A stretch of 64,000 nt of DNA. It comes from Octopus sinensis. Its lineage: Eukaryota. The DNA is taken from the NCBI RefSeq assembly GCF_006345805.1, contig NC_043008.1, forward strand, positions 13,640,001-13,704,000, written 5' to 3'. Within the stretch, counting starts at the first letter, position 1; each line of letters opens with the position of its first letter. The notes under the pieces are model-generated. The model was given only the letters and a program-made list of their open reading frames with translations. It ran no database searches and was not told the DNA's origin. Shown piece by piece: positions 24,783-37,102 of this stretch. A program made the translations under genes and the position numbers.

Positions 24783-25410
24783 GCGCAGGAGTGGCTGTGT
24801 GGTAAGTAGCTTGCTTACCAACCACATGGTTCCGAGTTCAGTCCCAATGCGTGGCATCTTCGGCAAGTATTTTGCTATAGCCCCGGGCCGACCAATGCCT
24901 TGTGAGTGGATTTGGTTACACTGAAGAAGCCGTCGTAATATATATACTAGCAGTATCGCCCGGCGTGGCTCAGTTTGTAAGGGGCTAAAGCTATTTATAG
25001 CCTAGCATGGTGGTCAGTTGAGTTGCGTCCCCGAGACGTTTGGCGTGTTTCTGCTATCGCCCGTCAATTTATCGTTCAGAATGTGGGACTTTTCATTGCT
25101 GCGGGAGCTTGATTAGACCATTGGCTATGTGTGTGTGTCAGACCGTTGAGCCGTTCATGAGGGTAGCAAACAGGACACTGAACACGCACAGCCACTGCCG
25201 TATATATAGAGAGTATATATATATATGTGTGTGTGTGTGTTTGTGTGTCTGTGTTTGTCCCCCTAGCATTGCTTGACAACCGATGCTGGTGTGTTTACGT
25301 CCCCGTCACTTAGTGGTTCGGCAAAAAGAGACCGATAAGTACTAAAGACGGTGCTCCAGCATGGCCGCAGTCAAATGACCGAAACAAGTAAAAGAGAAAA
25401 AGAGTAAAAG
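24783..25410 (+). mobile_element. SINE family C, interrupted by a Helitron-like insert
   Basis: Head gcgcaggagtggctgtgtggtaag...GAGTTCAGTCC. The 3' half resumes at about 25225 and ends gaaacaagtaaaagag. Confidence 0.9.
24947..25212 (-). mobile_element. Non-autonomous Helitron-like element
   Basis: The minus strand begins TCTCTATATATA and ends with a GC-rich subterminal segment (gagccacgccgggcg), then CTAG|T. It sits in the TA run of SINE C with no TSD. Confidence 0.6.
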
Positions 25411-25825
25411 TGTATGTTGAGAATAACCTGACCCAAGATTACTCATCACAATTGTATTAAACAAAGAGCTGAATTGTCAACACTGGCAGCCTCTAACGTG
25501 GTCAACTCCTTTAGATTTTATTTTACCATAATTACACGTAAGGAAGAAAATATATATTTCGCGGCCCATATTATTCATACATACCAGGACCTTTGTTCCA
25601 CTAGCTTATTTTCACGAGATAATTTGGTGTGAAAAGAGAACAATCATATTTATTTGATATCGAAAACATCAAAGTTCATCCGTTTTCCTCTCAAATTCAC
25701 TTAAAAAGTAGATCACTTACATCCGGTTTCAACGTTACCGAAAATATCTATAACCATCCGGTGTCTTCATTCATAATCTATGATCGGTTGATGCTGAAGT
25801 AATGATAAAAAAGTGATTCAATATA

Positions 25826-26057
25826 TATTTCTTTATTACCCACAAGGGGCTAATCACAGAAGGGACAAACAAGGACATACAAAGAGATTAAGTCGATTAC
25901 ATCGACCCCAGTGCGTAACTGGTACTTTATTTATCGATCCCGAAAGGATGAATGGCGAAGTCGACCTCGGCGGAATTTGAAATCAGAACGTAACGACAGA
26001 CGAAATACCGCTAAGCATTTCATCCGGCGATGTAACGAGTCTGCCACCTCGGCACAT
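25826..26057 (-). mobile_element. SINE family D (long tail)
   Basis: Colinear with 60314-60535. Probable TSD gattcaatata (25815-25825) / gatttaatata (26064-26074). Confidence 0.9.
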
Positions 26058-27110
26058 TAAAGCGATTTAATATAGTCTGTAGCAAAAGATGTGGCTTTAC
26101 TTTCAATTTGCTTCCATTACAGATCCTTCAGAAAGGAAGAACGGGCAAAATAGTTTATAGAATAAGTGACCGAAAAAGTTGGTATTGTTAGGGTATCGGA
26201 AAAAATTATGCAGAAGTTTCGAGAATTTGATCTACTGTAAGGAAAAACAAATGATGGTTTGGACCTGGTCGCCCCCCCCCCCGAAGGACAGATTTGAACA
26301 ATTTCTTTCTGGTATTTTTGAATTTGGAGACATTTTCAATGTTGTACGTTCAGTCATAAAATATCTTTTTTGTCTTGTCACCAAAGCAAACAATTTTACT
26401 CAAACCGACAAATGCAAAACATGATATCAAATATTTAAGTACAATATAAAACTTGTCTGAAACAAATTCTCGGCAAGATACAATATAACATAAAATGCAA
26501 TTACGGAGATAAAAAAGAAAAAATTTTTTATCAGGCAGGTACCGAGCTATCTGCAGACAGCAGACAAACTAAATTATTTCATATTTCATTTAAAACAATA
26601 TTTGTCAGTTTATTGTCATTTAAATACGAATATAAATGACGTTTCCACAGGTATTACAATTCTCAGTGTAATTCTTATTGTGCCAGAGCAATCTGCCATA
26701 TTGCATCCGCCATATACGTTACATATGAGTCGCAAAAATAAACTTCCTGTAAAGAATAACTAACATCAGTAGATAAAGTGATACGAACAACAATCATCTG
26801 ATCAAAAGTTTTCCAACAAATTTTAGAGTCTATGCTATTAAGAGACTTTTATCTATAGATTTATGGTTATCTGTCGAAACCGATAGTCGACGCACTATTT
26901 GGTTGAGAATATGAAATTACTTCGCCGTTATGTGTTAAATATTTATACCACAATATGGTACTTGGTGTTAGCTTTGGTGCTTTGTCGCTTATTTTATAAA
27001 AATATGTTGGTGTCATTGTATTTGTTTGATTTCCTTTACACGGTGTCATTGAAGTGTTGAATATAAAGTATGGAACATTGAGAGAACTTATACAGGCATA
27101 TAAAATACGA

Positions 27111-27175
<65 letters not shown>

Positions 27176-27277
27176 TCTATACGTGTATATATATACATAT
27201 ATATATGTATATATATATACATACATATACATACATATATACATGTATATATATATATATATACATACATATACATG

Positions 27278-27311
<34 letters not shown>

Positions 27312-27316
27312 ATATT

Positions 27317-27347
<31 letters not shown>

Positions 27348-28020
27348 ATGCAGGTGTATTTTTCTCTGTGATTGTCTCAGTGTATGTGTGTAGATAAAGC
27401 GATAAACATATTTTAGATATAAATACATTTAACCACCACACACGCCTACATATATACGTAGATAGGGAGGGGTAACAAATAAATAAAAAAAAAAGGTGAG
27501 ATGTGGATGGAAACGAGGTAAGTGAGATGTAGGGGTTAGAGAGAAAATATGAATATACGAAAATTATTTCAGCTGGACAGACAATGCACGCGAGAGAGCA
27601 TAGAGACACAGATGCAGACATGTATGAAAGTTGTCAGGGTGGCAAAGAAGTTGATGTATGCAGAATTCTTAACTCATGAATGTTTTATTCGAACGATCAG
27701 CAATCCCATTCCAGTGACGTCTGATGTGTTGAACCACAATATGACCCAGACATTATATTGTAATATAATATTTAATAGTCATATTGTCAGCAAATTGTCT
27801 GTAGTGTATTGTTAAAAAGTTGTATCGGAACCGACTAGTCTCTGTTTCGATTCTTCTGTGTGGTAGCCTTGAAAATGGTCTTCTTTCTCTCGTCTGCTTG
27901 ACTAATGCAGATGGAAATGGTGTGAATATTGACCACCGTCTGCGTGTGAATATACATATGTACATGCATACACACACACATATATAGATAGATATGTGTG
28001 CGTGCATACGTATATGTATA

Positions 28021-28280
28021 TCACCGTGACCGACCAGGCTATCAGATGTTGTTACATATCGCTGGTCACACTGCGCTTCGGATTGATTTTAGCCTTCAAA
28101 AGAGTGAGAGAAAGCTGTGGCGAAAGAGTACAGCAGAGATCACCACCACCCACTGCCAGAGCCTCGTGGAGCTTTAGGTGTTTTCGCTCAATAAACACTC
28201 ACAACACCCTGTCTGGGAATCGAAACGGCAATCCTACGACCGTAGGTCGGCTGACCTAACCATTGGGTCATTGCGCCTCC
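28021..28280 (-). mobile_element. SINE family A with an internal deletion of about 50 bp
   Basis: Colinear with 29128-29438 but lacks gtgatgccacccc...acagaag. TSD-like cgtatatgtata / cgtatatttata. Confidence 0.88.
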
Positions 28281-29127
28281 CCGTATATTTATATACACAT
28301 ATCTCAATATATATCGCTGTTCAATGTTATCTCTACAAATTCTCAATAGGAATTAGAGCCAACACTGAAAATTAGGACGTTTCCTGTATGAGTACATCTG
28401 TATGAACCATAATATAGATAGAAGTCTAGTCACTGAGTATGTATGCCTATACGAGGATTTGCTACTCCTTCTCAGCACCACATACAACCCATTAACCCGT
28501 CAATGAACACAGTATTCACTTCAAAAGCCTTTAGTAAACTTGGTAATATATTATGGCTGATTACCGAACTATGGTGTTCCTACCAGCTATTGATAAAGTC
28601 ACATATGTATATGCATACAGTTATGTGTATATATATATACATATGTGTGTTTGTGTGAGGGTGTACACGAGCGCAGGAATATATATATGCGTATGTATGT
28701 GTTTTTGTGAGTGTGTATTCGGGGTGCTCACACCTGCGTTTGTCTATTTGGCAAATGCTTATCAGCGGGTAGGCCAGAGTCCAGATGGCATTCATCGAAA
28801 GAATTTCAATTCAATATTTCTCCTTTACCGAATTCACATACACATATTCCTGTTATATTGCCGCCGGAGCTGGTATGAACAAGTCATTATGGAAAATTGT
28901 ACTTACCGACATTAATATTTATCAATTTGATTATGAAATAAATATAACATATAATCTGATTCAGTTAACCTTTTCTCCGTAGATTGCCGAGATACGTTTA
29001 AAATTAAATCTAATGCAAAAAGGCCGTTTGCAGTTAATCAGAAAACTCACATTTACAAACAACGGTTATTTTACGAAGTAGTGCTTCAAATTATAAACAA
29101 CAATATATATTTCTAATACGTATATAT

Positions 29128-29438
29128 CACCGTGATCACCGTGACCGACCAGGCCATCAGATGTTGTTACACATCGCTGGTCACAATGCGCTTCGCATTG
29201 TTTTAGCCTTCAAGTGATGCCACCCCGCTGGCTAAGCGAGCAGGCCAACAGAAGAAAGAGTGAGAGAAATTTGTGGTGAAAGAGTACAGCAGGGATCGCC
29301 ACCACCCCCTGCCGGAGCTTCGTGGAGCTTTTAGGTGTTTCGCTCAATAAACACTCACAACGCCCGGTCTGGGAATCGAAACCGCGATCCTACGACCGCG
29401 AGTCCGCTGCCCTAACCACTAGGCCATTGCGCCTCCAC
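29128..29438 (-). mobile_element. SINE family A (full length, young)
   Basis: Intact A box TGGCCTAGTGG and B box GGTTTCGATTCC. Perfect 13-bp TSD aatacgtatatat (29115-29127 / 29439-29451). Confidence 0.95.
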
Positions 29439-29539
29439 AATACGTATATATATTTCTTATAAATAACAATATAATGCATATTTAACCATTAATACGAACA
29501 GGATTGATTTAATAATTGCAGTTGTTACTTATGCAGGGT

Positions 29540-29815
29540 CGTAATGTTTATCTTGGCTAAGATCCGGACTCTTTGTCCATGTTGCACGATTTCCCGAGTT
29601 AGACCGTACTTACCGTGCTCTATTCATTCAGAATCCAGATTGGTTGACAGCTCGTGTTGATGGACTATATGTCACATGGACACGGCTCATAGAGAACTAT
29701 CTCGCGGAGATGGCGACTAACTAGGAGTTTGCTCGACTTGTTTCTCGGGAGAACTCGGAAAGATACTCAAAAATGTTGAATGCAGCGCGGTGTGTGCATC
29801 TGACCCACACCTAAC
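29540..29815 (+). mobile_element. 3' end relic of an RTE-clade LINE
   Basis: The frame from 29569 reads LFVHVARFPELDRTYRALFIQNPDW...TWTRLIENYLAEM, like the RTE C-terminal pattern L.GHVAR.P..DP..R......W...W...I..YL. Confidence 0.5.
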
Positions 29816-30096
29816 ACGATGGCTATAAATATACTCCTGTACTCAAATCTCAGTTATGCATAGGAGTTTCAATTCCATGAGAACTGCATGCTATAGCACT
29901 TCTTTATGTAGGCTGCACAAAACATAATGTAGCAGAAATGCAGCTTCCTAAAGTAAGCCGCGTTCCACATTATTCCTTCGATCTGTACGCTGGCGTAGCC
30001 ATGCAGAACCATTGTTTCCTTATTACTCTTTGCAGTTCTACTTAAATATCAACCCTGCGCGCGTAAGCGAAGTAGAGTTATCGTACTGTTTTACTG

Positions 30097-30557
30097 TAGG
30101 CACAGGGCCCGAAATTTGGGGGAGGGGGGAGAGTCAATTAGATTGGTCTCAGTGCGCAACTGGTACTTAATTTATCGACCCCGAAAGGATGAAAGGCATA
30201 GTCGACCTCGGCGGAATTTGAACTCAGAACCCAAAGACAGGTGAAATACAGCTAAGCATTTCGTCCGGCGTACTGACGTTTCTGCCTGCAGCCGCCTTCA
30301 AAACGTAAGGGCAGACGAAATACATATTTCTTTACTACTCACAAGGGGCGAAACACATAGAGGACAAACAAGGACAGATAAACGGATTGAGTCGATTACA
30401 TCGACCCCAGTGCGTAACTGGTACTTAATTTATCGACCCCGAAAGGATGAAAGGCATAGTCGACTTCGGCGGAATTTGAACTCAGAACGTAACGGCAGAC
30501 GAAATACGGCTACGCATTTCGCCCGGCGTGCTAACGTTTCTGCCAGCTCGCCGCCTT
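30097..30557 (-). mobile_element. Composite of SINE family D units (long-tail copy, 22-nt restart, short-tail copy)
   Basis: 30324-30557 is a full long-tail unit. 30302-30323 repeats an internal segment (aacgtaagggcagacgaaatac). 30097-30300 is a full unit with the aaattt..ggccctgtgccta tail. Confidence 0.85.
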
Positions 30558-31309
30558 ATTATCAAGCTACTGATAATGCAGTTTCCTGTTCTCCAGTTGC
30601 CATACAGACAGTCACATCTGAAGTGGCTAAAAAAGTAATTGAGTTGCCAAGTACTTGATTGTTATTTTAAATTTTAATTCCAAAGATTACAAGCATTTCT
30701 TTTCTGAATGGTCTTCTATTAAATACAATATATGTTCTGATGCTGCTATTGAGAATGTCATGAGAAACAAAACAAACTGATCTAAAAAGAAAACTAAGCG
30801 CTAAGCTGCTTAACAATACTCTACAAGTGTTAAGCTGATTCTATTCAGTGCAACTTGATACGTTGTGTTGGGAGATTGATATAATGCGAAATGAGATTTA
30901 GCTTCTTCAGTTTACATATGTATTTCGGCAAAATGATAAACCAGAACATACAATCTTCTATAGTTTACTTGTTAAAATTATTGAACTACGGTCACGCTAG
31001 AGCACAGCATTGATGAGTTCTAGTCGAAATAATTGATAGCAGCACGTGCGCTTTGGGATTTTGAGAGAGAGGGCGAGAGAAGGAGAGAGCGAGTTTAGCA
31101 GAGTTGCCATCCGTCAAATTTATTTAAAATGCATTATCAGCCCAGGTTTATAATAGAATATATTCACCCAAGTTGCATTTTGGTTGCAAATGGAATCTGT
31201 TAATCTTAAATCTATGTCAAAAGAAATACAATTCCATCATTACTTCTTTGATTCGGTTTCATGACAAATAAAATACCGTTTTAAGGCTCAAAAATGGGAC
31301 TCTTAAATA

Positions 31310-32416
31310 TGAGGTCTGGCTGAAAAGTTCATAGGCTGACTATGAATGAGTGACACAAGAGTTGTTAGATCTTTCATTAATTTATTCTCTCTTTATTATA
31401 ACTCCTGTATTTCTTTCCAGGTAAACTGATATCTGAAAGTTGAAAGAAGGCTTCAAATTGACTACGTAGTGACTTCTCTTGAAAATGGACAAAGTTCGTC
31501 ATAATGGCGTAATCAATTACCTACAGAAAAAAGGGTTTAGTCAAAATGACATTCATGCGGACGTGGCAGCTATATTGGATGATACACTTGGTTTATCAAA
31601 AGCAGAAAATGGGTAGCTGGATTTTTGAGGCAAGTGGTGAGTAATAAAGATGACCATAGGTTTGGACGTTCTCCAATGGCGACTACTGAAGAAAACATTG
31701 ATCGTGTTCACGAAATATTCGGCAGTAACTAATGATTGACAACAAATCACGTAGTCAATGCCATTGGCACATTCCGTGAGAGATGTGATAATATTCTATG
31801 CAGTTGAAATATCATGGCGGTCATTTCTGCACGGTGAGTGAACATCCAACACCTGATAAGTAGCGCGCCAAGCTAACTGTCCCGCGGGAAAATCTATTCT
31901 TTGAGGCTGATCCAGCTGATTTCCTAGAACGTTTTCTGACCCTGAAGGAGTGTTGGGTCCATCAGTTTCAGCCAGAGACAAAGAGACAATCCATTCTTTG
32001 GAAAAAAACCCTCCTTGCCCTGTCCCAAAATCACAAGGTCGTTTCATATGCAGGAGGGTTGTTAGCCTCAATATATTAGGATGAAAATGGCCTTGCATTT
32101 ATTGACTATCTTTAAAAGGGTTACATCATCAACGAAAAGTACTACGCCAACTTTCTGAGGCCATCATGGCTACTCGCCCAGGTAAACTGACAAGTCCTTC
32201 TTTCATGAGGACAATGTCCTCGCAAACAGGTCTTTGGTTTCAGAGGCCGTTATGCATGGCCGTCGCTTTGAACTGTTTAATCGCCGTCCCTATTCTCCTA
32301 CAACGCCGATGAAAGAAGTGTGTGGACTTTAAGGTTTACGTTGAAAAAGAAACCTAATATGATTACTTCCCATGAGATTATCTTGGTAAGCCTATGAACT
32401 TTTCGGCCGACCCTTG
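31310..32416 (+). mobile_element. Mariner transposon, both ends present, transposase decayed
   Basis: TIRs tgaggtctggctgaaaagttcataggctgac / gtaagcctatgaacttttcggccgacccttg, with TA on both sides (31308-31309, 32417-32418). Remnants read MDKVRHNGVINYLQKKG, ATTEENIDRVH, HQFQPETKRQS, IDYL*KG, HEDNVL and RPYSP. Confidence 0.88.
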
Positions 32417-33036
32417 TAGTTCAAATTATCTTGGAGCGATCAGATACTTAGATGGGATGCGTGTAAGCTGGAAATCACAGGGAAACATCTACTAGAAATA
32501 TCCTTAAGTGTAAAAAATAAATTTCATTATGCTTCTTTTTTTTTATTTTGTACACAATTTCACATTCTATATCTTTAGTGAATCATGATTTAATTCTCCT
32601 TCAACATTTTATAGGTTAAAAATACTAAACTGAATCCTAACATATTCCCCATGTACACAAATATTTTATAACTCATTTTCCAGAGTATATGCGATACATT
32701 AGATTTTATACCGGTAATTTTCGGATTTTTTTTTTTCGATATGTGAAATAAATATGTTTTATCGTTTCATCATGAATCCGTAAACAGTTAGCAAAATACA
32801 AAAGCAACAATATTTACACGATTCACACTAAAAATATCAAATGCGTCACTCAGAAATATTGTGTAACATAATCACAATGCTTTTGAATATTGATTTCCGA
32901 ACAGAAATCTACAATATCAACCGAAAGAACCTGCTAAAGAAGTTGTTGTCAACCGGGGACCGTATGTCATTAGGGGCTCCGTGTAAGATTTCGGTGTTAA
33001 AGTTTATGTGCAGTAAACGGGTTATACTTCTACAAT

Positions 33037-33360
33037 GAAGGCGTGTGGCTTAATGGTTAGGTAGGTGTATTTGGCTCGCATCGTATGGATGTGAGTTCCA
33101 TTCCCGACGACGCGCTGAGTCCTTGAAAATGTCATTTTATTTTACGTTGCAACGGTTCATTCAGCTGGCAAAAATGACTAGTATCTGAATTTCGAAGGGC
33201 CAGCTACTCACACTCCGTGTCACGCCGAATCTCCCTGAGAATTACGTTACGGGGTACAGGTGTTTCTGGAGCCCTCAACCACATACACGTTGATTTCACG
33301 AGCAGGTTGTTCCGTTGACTGAATCAACTGGAACGCTCGTCGTCGTAACCGATGGAACGT
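33037..33360 (+). mobile_element. SINE family B (full length)
   Basis: Colinear with 2515-2838. TSD-like ttctacaat / ttctacgat. Confidence 0.88.
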
Positions 33361-33748
33361 CAGTTAATTCTACGATACATGAAATATTTCAACAATTTCT
33401 TATACAACTCCTAATAATATTGAAATAAAAATAAATAATAGGACTTTTTTAGACATTGAATTGACATGAGGCCCCAATAGATTAAAGTAAGAATCAAATA
33501 GGTCCATAGGAAAAACATATAGGAACACTACGCAAATATATATATACATTTTATAAGGAAGGATTTCAACATATATTAAGTAGAAGGCACACAAGATAGC
33601 AATGAAATTGAAATAATAATGTTAGTCCCTATCGTATATTAGTTAATAATAACAAAGGGTAAAATTAATTAATTAAGGAGTAATCAATAAATTCACCAAG
33701 TAGAATTGGGCATGAACAAAGACCATTTCACGGTAAACTTAAGTAACA

Positions 33749-34016
33749 CTTTATAATTAGGGTTCAGCAAAGATTTGCTTTACCACATACCGAAGTTTGG
33801 AAATAGCAATCAAAAACCTTAGCTATTTCTTCTACTTTAAAAAGGGACTCCCAGAAAAACCAAAATACCAAAATACTTGAAAACATTGTTTTCAAGTATT
33901 TTAGTTTTTCTGGGAGTCCCTTTTTAAAGTAAAAGAAATAGCTAAGATTTTTTGACTGCTATTTCTAAACTTCGGTATGTGGTAAAGCAAATATTTGCTG
34001 AACCCTAATTATAAAG
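33749..34016. repeat. 268-bp imperfect palindrome with a 1-nt centre (33886)
   Basis: ctttataattagggttcagc...cttgaaaaca-T-tgttttcaag...gctgaaccctaattataaag, with several substitutions and a 7-nt duplication in the left arm. Confidence 0.92.
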
Positions 34017-34547
34017 AATATTAGTTAATAGATAATAGATATTATTATTATATATTATTATTATATATTAATTAGATAATAATATTAGTCCCTATACATA
34101 AAAGTCAACTGAAAAAAGTAACATTTCCCTCAAAGAAGGGCGCATTGGATTCTGCATTATTGGACAGACACGACCAAGGTAGTAAGGTGGCTTCGGTCAG
34201 AAACATTTTTATCGTATGTCTTCTTCACCAACTCCCACTTCCGATAAAACAACGAATGATAATGATCCCCTTTTGACAAGAACATAGATGATTGATTTAC
34301 CGTACGAAATATCATTGACAATAACGTTTGCATCTCTCACAAATGCCTTCACCCGCTGTCTTTGTTTAATATTTTCTAACATATTTGACACACATTATGA
34401 GCAATGTTCCGTTCAGCGTGATTTCATCTATTAATATGTATAAAGGTCGACTTCGACAACTGCCTTGGAATTCGGTAAATTTACATATCAATTTCCTAAA
34501 GCAAACACCTATTGAGACTTCGTAAATTCCAGCAAAAGTAGAATTCA

Positions 34548-34552
34548 TATAA

Positions 34553-34583
<31 letters not shown>

Positions 34584-34674
34584 AATAATGATAATAATAA
34601 TAATAATAATGATAATAATAATAATAGTAATAATAATAATAATAATACTTATTATTATTATTATAATTATTATG

Positions 34675-34707
<33 letters not shown>

Positions 34708-34753
34708 GTTGTTGTTGCTGCTGCTGTTGTTATTATTATTATTATTATTATTA

Positions 34754-34788
<35 letters not shown>

Positions 34789-34800
34789 GTTATTATTATT
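34548..34800. repeat. (AAT)n immediately followed by (ATT)n
   Basis: Directly visible. The switch is at about 34648. Confidence 0.95.
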
Positions 34801-36670
34801 TTCATTAACATCTTCTTTCAGTTCTGTTTCCATCCCTCGCCGAGTGTCTTCCTGACACCTAAGACATAGAAACGTACTGTTTACATTGGTAGGCCATTAA
34901 AACAAAGGCCCGAGATTGTCCAATTACTAAGTCATGTGATTGAGAAAAGGGCGAAGACAGAGAGAAAAAGGAAAAAAATAAAATATAGAAAAGCAAACGA
35001 ATAAAATAAAGGGAGAAAGGAAAGAAAATTCACAGCGACAATGCTCTTCTCAATATGTGTGGCGTACTAGTTAAGAAAATCTTTTGCACTTCCTGCATAG
35101 ATGGTAAGCCAGAGATCATTTTAAAATAATTTTCAATTCCTTTTATCATTTCAAGTGCTCCTATAATCACTGGTATTGTACACGTCTTGAGATGCCACAT
35201 CTTTTCGATTTCGAATAGCAAATCTTTGTATTTTCTGAGCTTATCTGAGCTTATGAAATTCTTGTGCCGAGATAGTATGGTTACAGGGTGTCAAACAAGA
35301 AACCGACTTTACTGTTTTCGTCTTTCACGACAAAATCCGGTTTACTCTTACTCTTTTACTCTTTTACTTGTTTCAGTCATTTGACTGCGGCCATGCTGGA
35401 GCACCGCCTTTTGTCGAGCAAATCGACCCCGGGACTTATTCTTTGTAAGCCCAGTACTTATTCTATCGGTCTCTTTTGCCGAACCGCTAAGTGACGGGGA
35501 CGTAAACACACCAGCATCGGTTGTCAAGCAATGCTAGGGGGACAAACACAGACACACAAACACACAGACATATATATATGCATATATACGACAGGCTTCT
35601 TTCAGTTTCCGTGTACCAAATCCACTCACAAGGCATTGGTCGGCCCGGGGCTATAGCAGAAACACTTGCCCAAGTTGCCACGCAGTGGGACTGAACCCAG
35701 AACCATGTGGTTGGTAAACAAGCTACTTACCACACAGCCACTCCTGCGCCTATATGTTTGTTTATTTTGATGGGAGATCTGTACATTCTGGGTAGTCCCA
35801 AACAACAGTTACATTCTCTCCCTTAGCTACGGCCTCAGGGTGGTGCTTGTACAATTTTTCAGCAGTTTTCATTTTATAATGCCGACGTATTATCCAGTGT
35901 AGATATTGACCAACTCAGCCATGCCTTTATTTGTATTCTACAGGTGTTAAAATCTTAGATTAGACTATTTCTATCTAATCGCTGCAGTATCGGCTCTTTG
36001 GGTCTGCACCAGTTTTCATCGCATTGGTTTGATAGTTCCTGCTCAATAAGCTCTGATCTTAGGCAGCCAAGATAAAGCCTTCACTCTCTGCCTTTAGTTC
36101 TGATCTCCATAGTCACTAATGAGTGTGCTTCTGGTCTAGATCAGATTGTTTGGTACGGGCCACATATTTGATATGAAGAGGTGGTTTTTGTTCCCACCTA
36201 TTGGCCAAATGTTCAAGCGCATTTTCCTTTACTATTGATTTCACCTTCTTTTCAACTACAGTTGGTACGCTTCCCTCATGCTGTTCGACCTGGGTATTAT
36301 GCATAAACTCACTTCAAAAAATTTTGCCCTCCTTCATATCAGATTGAAGCTTCTTACGCCTTTCATGGTTTTCAACGAGGTTTAGTATCCAGTCGTTACA
36401 TGTTTCAAGATAGTTTGTCAGTTCAATTGTGGTAGTTTTTAGGAGATTTCAAATTAGATCACACCTAGATCTCCTTGAGCTGTGGTAGTTAAAGACGATC
36501 TGTGTCTGCCTTTGGGTGGTGCATCATATTGCAAGTCAGCAGCTTACGGGTTTTTCTGCCAATCTTCTTTATTTTGCTCATATTTTAGTTCAACACATGG
36601 AAACTGTAAATAACAACCGGATCTGCTAAGGAAATTTGGTACCCTATCATTATCAGGCGATTTCCACATA
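34801..36670 (-). mobile_element. 5'-truncated R4/Dong-like LINE relic, split by a SINE C insertion
   Basis: The minus strand reads LADPVVIYSF..RKLLTCNMMHHPKADTDRL, ELKAESEGFILAA*DQSLLSRNYQ and HWIIRRHYK..KHHPEAV, then [SINE], then PD.VVKD, KYKDLLFEIEKMWHLKTCTIPVIIGAL..HILRRALSL*. The UTR ends in (TAA)n. Confidence 0.85.
35341..35750 (-). mobile_element. SINE family C (full length, close to consensus)
   Basis: Head GGCGCAGGAGTGGCTGTGTGG...GGGTTCAGTCCC, an internal TA/TG microsatellite, and a tail of AAGAGT-type repeats. Confidence 0.95.
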
Positions 36671-37031
36671 TGATCATTTGTGGGTGTTATTCTTTGGTCT
36701 GCTATTGTGAAGCAGCAGACTTCTCATCCTTATCATACTCTACCGTTACACGCATTTTCTAACCGGACGAAACCGTGCTTCCTATTTGATGATCACCAGT
36801 AGTCGAGGGTGAGAACCATTTTCCCTTGTTCAGCTAAGCTTGGCGTATGTTCATACTTTGTATGGAAGACGTTCCTCATATCATTTGCTGATCAAACTAA
36901 ACGCTTCTTTTTTACCTTACATTCATACGTTCAGATTAATACTTCCAAATTTTCCCTCTGATATTGATCGTCAAAAATTTCCTAAAATCTTCAGGGTACT
37001 TAGATCTTTAAACTACGGAGTTTCCTTATTG

Positions 37032-37102
<71 letters not shown>

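Noticed and set aside
29360-29438. tRNA-like sequences with A and B boxes at the heads of families A-D
   Set aside because: I see no complete cloverleaf or acceptor stem, and each continues into a shared repeat body with TSDs. They are SINE heads, not tRNA genes.
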